This document shows, one piece after another, positions 22,246 to 29,584 of a stretch of 64,000 nt of DNA (the first letter of the stretch is position 1; every line of letters starts with the position of its first letter). Below the pieces are notes generated by a model, which did not search any database, was not told the DNA's origin, and saw only the letters and a list, made by a program, of their open reading frames with translations. Origin of the DNA: Pseudomonadota bacterium (GTDB taxonomy: Bacteria; Pseudomonadota; Alphaproteobacteria; Caulobacterales; Hyphomonadaceae); contig JBCBGZ010000009.1 in NCBI GenBank assembly GCA_038526245.1, positions 1,874 to 65,873 on the forward strand, written 5' to 3'. A program made the position numbers and the translations under genes.

Positions 22246-24431
22246 CCAAGGGCTCCTTCACGGAAGACGGGATTGATTACGGGGCCATCGGTCGGGCTCT
22301 CGCCGGGGGCCGTTGGAGGTGAGGTTTCCGAGAAGACCGATTCCGTCTCCGGCTCGGGCCCAGATGGGCCGTCACTGGCAAGCGCTCGACGTTCGGCATT
22401 CAGAACAATGTCAGCAATTTTGGCGGGCGGAATCGCTTCCGACGGGTTTGCGATTGCGTCTGCGGCAAACCAGCGGAACGCATACACCCAATCATCGGCA
22501 GTCAGGCTTCGTCCCCCCAACAGACTGCTGTCCGCCGCCATCTGGTTCAGTGTCCCGATAAAGTTCAGCAGGGCCGGAAGGGTCTGGGGTTCTGCAAGGC
22601 GCCTGGCATTGGAAACCGCCGTGTCCAGCACAGCCATCAGCGCCCGTGTCAGCGTTTCGCCAAACATGAGACGCCCACCTTCGCGCGCCAAACCGCCCGT
22701 GGCCTGGTCCTTCAGGCTCGCCGAGGCTGTGCCCAGCACCTGGGTGATCAGTTGAACGGCCAGGTGTTCATGCGGGCTGTTTGCGTTGAGGCTGAACAGT
22801 GCGCCGGGGTTCTGCATCGCCAGGTCCGTTGCCTTGGCAGACACACGTTTCCAGTCGCGGCGCGTGAGCAATGATGCATGTTCGCTGGCGATAAACGCGG
22901 CAACGCCCTCGGCGATGCGCACCACTTCGTCATTCACGTCATTGGGCAGGATCATACCCGGTGTCTGGGCGGCCTGATCGGCAATGATGCCAACCACTTC
23001 CATGAGAAAATCCAGGTCTGCATCCAGCGGAAGGACATTGACGGAAACGCCCTGGTCGCTGAACCGCGTGATCATTCCGTTGGCAATGCGCGTGACAATC
23101 TTGATGCCCACCGCCGCCCAAGGCTCTGCATCACCGGTGGCCGTGGCATTGCTGGCTTGGGCGCTGCTGGTCCATGCGGCGAGTTCCTGACGGGCTTCGT
23201 CGACAAGGAAAGTGCGGGCATGCTTGCGGGTAATCTGCATCCCCATTTCGAACAGGGCCTGGGTCAGTTTCGGACTCTTCTCGACCGTCAAATGCGTGTG
23301 CAGAGCGCCCATCATGGAGGTCAGCAATTCCTGACCGCCGACGACATGCTGGCCCTTGCCGCGCACGAACGCCTCGGGCGACTCCGACACGGCCTGCAGC
23401 ACGAGCGGGAAACTGCGGCGCACAAAGCCGGGCGCAAAGACCTGGCGGATATCGTCAGGCGACGCCTGGGCCTGGTCGATCACGCCCTGGAAAAGGGCCT
23501 CGGTCACGACGCCCGCTGCCTCGGTCTTTTCAGGATAGTTGTCGAAGAATAGGCGCCGGTTTTCGTGCAGCGACTCCAAAAGACCCATTGCGATGGGACC
23601 ACGCAGAGTCTTGCGGACGGAGTTGAACCGCTGGAGCGTGGACATGCCCTGTCCAGAATTTTCCACGTTTAACGTGCGCAGGGGCTCTGCCACAGCCGAC
23701 ACCAGGCTTTGAACGTGTTGTTCTTCAGAAAACAGCTCGGGCCGGGCCGCGGCCATATCGAGGCTGGTAGAAATGAACATGTCCAGCATACGCTTGGGCA
23801 TGCCTGCCGAAAAGGCTGTCTCGACGAACTGGTCCTTTCGGGTGTCGAAATAGGTGTTCAGACTGGACGCAAGAGTCGCAACGACGCCCTGGGCGTCGGG
23901 CCCTACACCAAGCTTATGACTGCCGGCCGACAGGACGGAGAAGCTCAGCTGGATTGCAGAAAAGAGAATGGAATTTCGATCCCGCCGGGCAGCGTCCGCG
24001 CTGTCCCAATTCTTGATCTCATGGAGAAAGAACTGATCCCTAACATTCATATCCGGACGCACATCACTGGGCACGGGGCCAAACCGCTCGTCCCAGAGAC
24101 CATCGGCCTTCGACAAGCGCCCCAGGATTTCAGCGATCAGGTCCGAGCGGCGACCAGCGTCCGCATCTGCGGAGATAAAGAAACTGAACTCATCGGCGTC
24201 GATAACGTCGGCGTAGCGAGGACGGATGTCGGAAAACACGCCCTGGGGGCCGAAAAAGTCTTCATTCGACAGGAGCGCCGTCGCCACGGCTTCCGGGTTA
24301 CGGGGCGCGACCTGGGGGATAAGCACCACCATGTCCTGCAATTGGGCGCGGGTGTCGATAAACTCGCGGACCGACTGGCTCATGCCGAATATAGCCCGAA
24401 CGACCCCAAGAATACTCGTGGTTGCCAGCAT
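22242..24431 (-). CDS. 729-aa hypothetical protein (no TM, no recognisable motif; Pro/Ser/Glu-rich tail)
   Basis: Long ORF with a strong SD (GAGGAGGGAAG). Its codon pattern is consistent with its neighbours. I saw no P-loop, nuclease or protease signature. Confidence 0.65.
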   Translation of the reverse strand: MLATTSILGVVRAIFGMSQSVREFIDTRAQLQDMVVLIPQVAPRNPEAVATALLSNEDFFGPQGVFSDIRPRYADVIDADEFSFFISADADAGRRSDLIAEILGRLSKADGLWDERFGPVPSDVRPDMNVRDQFFLHEIKNWDSADAARRDRNSILFSAIQLSFSVLSAGSHKLGVGPDAQGVVATLASSLNTYFDTRKDQFVETAFSAGMPKRMLDMFISTSLDMAAARPELFSEEQHVQSLVSAVAEPLRTLNVENSGQGMSTLQRFNSVRKTLRGPIAMGLLESLHENRRLFFDNYPEKTEAAGVVTEALFQGVIDQAQASPDDIRQVFAPGFVRRSFPLVLQAVSESPEAFVRGKGQHVVGGQELLTSMMGALHTHLTVEKSPKLTQALFEMGMQITRKHARTFLVDEARQELAAWTSSAQASNATATGDAEPWAAVGIKIVTRIANGMITRFSDQGVSVNVLPLDADLDFLMEVVGIIADQAAQTPGMILPNDVNDEVVRIAEGVAAFIASEHASLLTRRDWKRVSAKATDLAMQNPGALFSLNANSPHEHLAVQLITQVLGTASASLKDQATGGLAREGGRLMFGETLTRALMAVLDTAVSNARRLAEPQTLPALLNFIGTLNQMAADSSLLGGRSLTADDWVYAFRWFAADAIANPSEAIPPAKIADIVLNAERRALASDGPSGPEPETESVFSETSPPTAPGESPTDGPVINPVFREGALG

Positions 24432-24477
24432 GCCTGCTTCCCTCCTCAGGCCGACCCGCGGCCAACTCTACCCAATT

Positions 24478-25839
24478 TTACTTCGGCGCCACCTCGGGCG
24501 GAAGCGTGCCGATAACCCGGCCCGGTGGCGGCTCACGATGCTGGTCGCTCCAGGCGTCTTCTTCTTCGCTCAATTCAACTTCCGTCCCGCGCCCCAACAC
24601 GGTGAGGTAAGCCCGCTCCAACTCCGCCGGACGCAGGTCCAGCGGGCGGCGCACGGCGCCCAGCCGGTCTGCCGGCACAGTGGCAGTTACTTCAGCTTGC
24701 GGCTTTGAACTCCCCGGTACAGGAGAACTTAGAGTCAGGCGTGCCATCGGCGCCACGATCGCTGCCCCGCGCGCAAACAAGCGGAACCAGAACGGCGCCC
24801 CGAGACCCAGCAGCCCCCCTCCGATCAAAATGCCAACCAACCACATCGTAAAGGTGCCGGGATTGTTCCAGATCGCCACGCCGCGATTGCCAACATGGCC
24901 GGCGAGCGTGCCAATCGAGTGGGACGATGACGACGCCTGCAGATAGTCACCATAGCTCTGCTGCCACGAAACTGTTTTCGCCTCGCCGCGCTCTAGCTCA
25001 ACATTACAGCGGGTATCTCGATAGGTTTCGGCATCGGCCTCCGACGCAACCACGAAGCCCTCACAATATGGGAACATCTTGCGCCCGACGGGCACGCCCA
25101 TGTCGAGGAACGTTGTCTTCAGCCCTTGCAGGTCCGGCGAGTTCAGCGCGGCAGAGATCTGCGTGGTCGCGCCCTCTTCCGTTAGGTTCTGGGCCTGCTG
25201 AAAGCTAGACGACTCTGCCAGCGTGGACAGCCGCGCCGACAGCGTCGCATTGGTGGCAAGCTCCTTATAGAGCGTGATCGCATCGAGATTGACGAAGAAT
25301 GCAACCGCGATCCCGGCCAGCACCGAGACCATGTTCGCACGGGAGCGGAAATACTCCGTCTGGGCTTCGCCGATCCGCTCAAACTCATAGGCCGCAGCTG
25401 TCAGCGCACGTCGCAAGCGCGGGCGATCGTGGCGCGCGAGAGCCTGGCCCTCAGGCGTTTCAGCAAGCCGCTCAATGAACTGTAACGTACTCATCTTCTG
25501 GACGCGCGAAGACAGTATCTGGCCAATCAGCGGCCAGCGCCGAATGTACCAGGGCCTGAGGTTCTCCGAAGCCGCGCGCCGGGTCATTGAATGGGCGAAG
25601 TTTCGGCTGTCGGCGGATGCCACATGGCTCCCGGTGGCGCCGGGCGCGCTTTGCTCAGGCGGCGTATCATTGGGTTGCAGGTTGGCGAGTTTCTGGTCGT
25701 AGAAGTTTCGCAGCATCTCGGACATGCCGGCGCTGCGCAGGGCAAACATCTTGTGGATGCCTTCGACAACCACCGACACGATTGTGGAATAGACCGCAAC
25801 GACCGCTGCAAATCCGACCAGTGCGAGGAGCAACGCCAT
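24478..25839 (-). CDS. 453-aa membrane protein of unknown function (about 3 TM)
   Basis: TM segments MALLLALVGFAAVVAVYSTIVSVVV, MVSVLAGIAVAFFVNLDAITL and MWLVGILIGGGLLGLGAPFWF. It is the first gene of the five-gene operon. Confidence 0.65.
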   Translation of the reverse strand: MALLLALVGFAAVVAVYSTIVSVVVEGIHKMFALRSAGMSEMLRNFYDQKLANLQPNDTPPEQSAPGATGSHVASADSRNFAHSMTRRAASENLRPWYIRRWPLIGQILSSRVQKMSTLQFIERLAETPEGQALARHDRPRLRRALTAAAYEFERIGEAQTEYFRSRANMVSVLAGIAVAFFVNLDAITLYKELATNATLSARLSTLAESSSFQQAQNLTEEGATTQISAALNSPDLQGLKTTFLDMGVPVGRKMFPYCEGFVVASEADAETYRDTRCNVELERGEAKTVSWQQSYGDYLQASSSSHSIGTLAGHVGNRGVAIWNNPGTFTMWLVGILIGGGLLGLGAPFWFRLFARGAAIVAPMARLTLSSPVPGSSKPQAEVTATVPADRLGAVRRPLDLRPAELERAYLTVLGRGTEVELSEEEDAWSDQHREPPPGRVIGTLPPEVAPK

Positions 25840-25938
25840 TTGGGAATCCCACCCTTAGTTTCACTCAAACTGGACGGGACTAAAGCATTGAGGCACTGTC
25901 CTGACAACTTTTCAGTAACTTTTTGGCAGGGGACGCCC

Positions 25939-26868
25939 GTGGCCCAAAATCTCCAGGTGACTGCCCGCAGTGGGCTGAATATTCGACGTTTCCCCGTGGA
26001 TACTGCAGATCGGCTCGCCGCAATGCCCCGCGGAATGGTCGTTGAACCCCTCGATCCGCTGGTGTGGAACGGTCGATGGCGCCGTATCCGGGCCACGTTT
26101 TCCACTAATGCGGTCGTAGAGGGATACAGTGCGGTCGACTATCTGAGCCCCGTTGGAGTTTCTGCCTCGAACACGGTCCGTGTGGCACCGGTGACGGGAA
26201 ACACCCATGCGGGGGGCAGCGCGGCAACGAACACTCAACCGACACCGTCACGCCCTGTGCCGCCGCCCCCTAGCCGCAAGGATCTTGTCCGCCGCGCCGT
26301 GCCAGCCTCCCTCGTGGCAGGCCTTTTCCACCATTCCGTTGCCGATAATGTTGAACGCTATCTGCCGCTGGTCCTCGATGCCATGCGCGAGGCTGAATTG
26401 GACGATTGGCCCCACATCATAACAGCCCTGGGCACGATCAAGGCTGAGACCGCCGGGTTTGATCCCATCGCGGAGTACGAGTCCCAGTACAATACCGAGC
26501 CGGAAGGGCGCCCCTTCGGAAAGTATGATTTCCGCACAGACATCGGCAACAATGCCGAAGGAGACGGCTATAAGTATCGTGGACGCGGCTTCGTCCAACT
26601 CACCGGCAAGGACAATTACCGGCGCTATGGCGAGCGCCTCGGCATCGACTTGGTCAACGATCCGGACCAAGCGCTGCAACCTGATATCGCAGCGCGGATC
26701 CTCGCGACCTTTATGCAGGATCAGAAAGACCGGATTGCACAGGCCTGGGCGTCTGAAGACTGGGCGGACGCGCGCAAGGCTGTAAATGGCGGTCGCCACG
26801 GCCTTGAGGCATTTGAGAAAACCGTAAAGGCAGCACGCACGATTTTCGATTGGTCAAAGCCGATCTGA
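25939..26868 (+). CDS. SH3b-domain + GH19-like (chitinase/lysozyme-type) peptidoglycan hydrolase, no signal peptide
   Basis: N-terminus: LQVTARSGLNIRRFP...GMVVEPLD...WRRI (SH3b-like). Pro-rich linker: QPTPSRPVPPPPS. C-terminus: IKAETAGF...GDGYKYRGRGFVQLTGKDNYRRYGERLGIDLVNDPDQ (GH19-type endolysin motif). Start placed at in-frame GTG 25939, because the ORF-track start at 25591 overlaps the divergent gene. Confidence 0.7.
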   Translation: MAQNLQVTARSGLNIRRFPVDTADRLAAMPRGMVVEPLDPLVWNGRWRRIRATFSTNAVVEGYSAVDYLSPVGVSASNTVRVAPVTGNTHAGGSAATNTQPTPSRPVPPPPSRKDLVRRAVPASLVAGLFHHSVADNVERYLPLVLDAMREAELDDWPHIITALGTIKAETAGFDPIAEYESQYNTEPEGRPFGKYDFRTDIGNNAEGDGYKYRGRGFVQLTGKDNYRRYGERLGIDLVNDPDQALQPDIAARILATFMQDQKDRIAQAWASEDWADARKAVNGGRHGLEAFEKTVKAARTIFDWSKPI

Positions 26869-26963
26869 CTCGATCCCTGGCGCAGTTCGCCCCAGGATCA
26901 ACGCGCCCCCGCCCCAGCCATGCCCCATTCAGACGGGAAAGTCTCCGAAACAGGGAGACGCCC

Positions 26964-27695
26964 ATGAAACGCACGCTGATTTCCATCGCCGCCGCCTTAT
27001 TGCCCGCCACGCTGGCCGGCGCTGCGCCATTCGAAGAAGGGGACACACACATGCACTCATACATCTTGCTCGACCGCACAGGCTCCATGTCCAGCATCTG
27101 GGACGAAGCGCTGACCTCCGTGAACGCCTATGCAAAAACTGTGGGCGAAGAGCGCGAAGGCGAGGCGCCCGATACGCTCAACACAGAAATCACGCTCGCA
27201 GTCTTCGACCACCAGGGCGGGCTGCAGTACGATGTTCTCCGCCGCAAGAGCGATGCCGACAGCTGGCAGGCCGTCACCTCGGACGAGGCCAGCCCGCGCG
27301 GAATGACGCCGCTGTTCGACGCCATTGGCCGGACTGTTTCCATGGCCGAGGCCGACAATCCTGAGCGCGCCGTCATCGTCATCATGACCGATGGCCACGA
27401 AAACGCCTCGCAGGAATTCACCAAGGACACCGCCCGCGCTGCGCTGGACCGCGCCCGCGCCAAGGGCTGGGAAGTCATTTTTCTGGGGGCCGATTTCGGC
27501 CAGTTTGGCGACGCAGAAGGTGTTGGCATGGCCCAGAGCAAGGTGATGGGCATGAGCGCTGGCACCATGCAGGAATCCATGCAACGGCTGGCCACCAAGG
27601 CCCGCGACTACGGCACCGGCGAAGAAGCCGAGGTGAACTTCAACGACGAAGACCGCGCCATCGCTCGCGAAAACGATGTGAAAGGCGAACGGTAA
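26964..27695 (+). CDS. secreted von Willebrand factor A (vWA) domain protein
   Basis: Signal peptide MKRTLISIAAALLPATLAGAAP. MIDAS-like LLDRTGSMS...MTPLFDAIG...VIVIMTDGHENAS. ATG 26964 has AGGGAGA upstream. Confidence 0.8.
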   Translation: MKRTLISIAAALLPATLAGAAPFEEGDTHMHSYILLDRTGSMSSIWDEALTSVNAYAKTVGEEREGEAPDTLNTEITLAVFDHQGGLQYDVLRRKSDADSWQAVTSDEASPRGMTPLFDAIGRTVSMAEADNPERAVIVIMTDGHENASQEFTKDTARAALDRARAKGWEVIFLGADFGQFGDAEGVGMAQSKVMGMSAGTMQESMQRLATKARDYGTGEEAEVNFNDEDRAIARENDVKGER

Positions 27696-27717
27696 GGCTG
27701 CTTTAAGTCGATAGTAC

Positions 27718-28890
27718 TCACGGGGCCTGCCAGAGTATTTCATTCACGGAGACGAAACGCGCCAGGCGGGCCAACTCCGACTGGAGCTTGGCAATCCGAG
27801 CGTTGGTCCACTCCACGCCCGGTTCTGGCCAGACGTTCAAGATGGTGAGCTGATCGGCCCTGCGATCGGCCTTAACCTCAATGCGCCCCACAAAGCGGTC
27901 TCCTTCCAGCAACGGTTAGACATAGTAGCCCCAGCGGCGTTTGGCAGCCGGCACAAACATCTCAACGGTGTACTGATATTCGAAAAGACGCTGAAGCCGG
28001 TTTCGGTCGCGAATGACGGGATCGAATGGGTTCAAGATGCGCAAACGGCTCGTGGGAACGGGCAACGCTTGCAGCCGGACTTCGATATCCCCGGGCGCGA
28101 CCGCGGGACGCCAACTTCCATCGGCGCACTCGATCTCAACCGGGACAAGCTCGTGCGCTCTGCCCGCGACCCAGTTCCTGGCTTCGCTATTGCTGACGGC
28201 GTTCCAAAATCTCTGAATGTCACCTTCAGTTCCAAATGCGAGACGCTCGAGAGCAGACTGGCAAAGCCATGAGAGCTGATCCCCATCAGAAACGCTTTGG
28301 TCACGATACGGCTTTGGGATCACGCGCTCGCTGAGATCATAGAACTTGGTGAAGTTCTCGCGATGTGCCGTTGAGAGTTCCCCAGCGTACCACATGTAGT
28401 CGAGGGCTAGCTTATGGGGCGGTCGGGACCACATCGCCTTCTCGCCTTTGATCTTGGAATCGAATGCTTTGGTGCAGAGGGGACCTTCTGCCTGAATTCG
28501 CGCCTTTATCGCATTGCGACCATCGCTTTCGAGCATGCCGCGATGCCATTCCCAACTGCGAACCTTATTCTCCAGGCGCCGGAACTGGCGAGTCCACAAG
28601 GGGTAGAAATCCATCGGGATAACCGATGCATCATGGGTGAAATGCTCGAATACGCGCCTATCCCGGCTCATATGCTTGCCCAACATCGGCTCGCGATAGT
28701 TCTGGTTGCGGCTCCACAAGATATGGTGATGAGCGCGCGATACGACGCGAATGGAATCGATTTGGACGAAACCCAGCCGCTCTATCATCGCATCGAGATT
28801 GATCGGGCCAGTCGGCGTCTCCGCCAATCCTTGGGCGGACAGCCAAAGCCGACGCGCCAAACGATTGGATATGCGAAGCTTTGACGTCAA
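27718..28890 (-). pseudogene. ycaQ: YcaQ/AlkZ-like winged-helix DNA glycosylase interrupted by one in-frame TAA
   Basis: ORFs 27916..28890 and 27718..27912 are in the same frame, separated only by TAA (27916-27918) and one codon: ...RRWGYYV*PLLEGDRFVGRIEVKADR. The total of 391 codons fits the family length. The N-terminus ISNRLARRLWLSAQGL is family-typical. Confidence 0.75.
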
Positions 28891-28929
28891 CGCTGATGCA
28901 TCACTCTAACTTGGCGTTGCCGAGTGTCC

Positions 28930-29466
28930 TCAGGTCTGCAGGCCCACCGCGTTTCGGAAGGTCTGCAGCAGGCTCAGTTGGTCGGCGTTGGGCAGACCCT
29001 CGGCTTCGCTGATGGCGACCAGCATGCCATCCAGATCAACGATTTCCTTGGGGCCGATGGCGTCCATTTCCATCAGTGTCTTGGCCATGCGGCTGACAAC
29101 GGCGTCTGGCACGGGCGCTTCGCGCAACACCCATTGGGCGTGGGCGATAAGGGCGTCGGCATCTTCCGCTTCAAGCTCGAAATCTGACACGATGATCTTT
29201 TCAATCTCTTCGCGGGTCTCGCGGCTGAAATCCCCGCCCGCGCGGGCCATTTCCACCATGAGGATTGTGGCTGCCTCGCGCGGATCATCCACCAGTTGCA
29301 GGCCGCTCTTTCCCATTTTGCGCTTGAAGGCGAAGCGGCGCGGCAGGTTGGCCGCCGTTTTGACGACGCCTTCGAGTTCCCGAGCGGCTTCAGCGGCGCG
29401 TTGGATACGCCATTGCCACACGCCGATGGCGGTCACAACTGCAATCAAAAACCCGATTATGGCCAT
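28930..29466 (-). CDS. TerB-like / DjlA-N-like membrane-anchored protein
   Basis: N-terminal TM MAIIGFLIAVVTAIGVW, then DDPREAATILMVEMARAGGDFSRETREEIEKII..., which resembles TerB-family repeats. Start at ATG 29466. Confidence 0.45.
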   Translation of the reverse strand: MAIIGFLIAVVTAIGVWQWRIQRAAEAARELEGVVKTAANLPRRFAFKRKMGKSGLQLVDDPREAATILMVEMARAGGDFSRETREEIEKIIVSDFELEAEDADALIAHAQWVLREAPVPDAVVSRMAKTLMEMDAIGPKEIVDLDGMLVAISEAEGLPNADQLSLLQTFRNAVGLQT

Positions 29467-29510
29467 GGTGTCATGTCCTCTAGTCCCCGCGATCAGGTCA
29501 TCAGGATAGG

Positions 29511-29546
29511 ACAAAACGAGACCCGCAGACAGGGGGTCTGCGGGTC
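29511..29546 (-). terminator. rho-independent terminator of the PQQ-dehydrogenase gene
   Basis: Perfect 11-bp stem GACCCGCAGAC / GTCTGCGGGTC with a 5-nt loop (29520-29546). On the minus strand it is followed by TCGTTTTGT, ~40 nt after the stop. Confidence 0.65.
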
Positions 29547-29584
29547 AAATGTATTAACGCGTTCAGTGAGTCAAACGCAGCAGC

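Noticed and set aside
25591-25938. N-terminal 116-codon extension of the muramidase ORF given in the ORF track
   Set aside because: It would overlap the 5' end and promoter side of the divergent 453-aa gene and add non-domain sequence. The SH3b module begins right after in-frame GTG 25939.
27718-27912. 64-aa ORF as an independent small gene
   Set aside because: It is the in-frame C-terminal part of the ycaQ-like gene, separated by a single stop codon. It is reported as part of the pseudogene.
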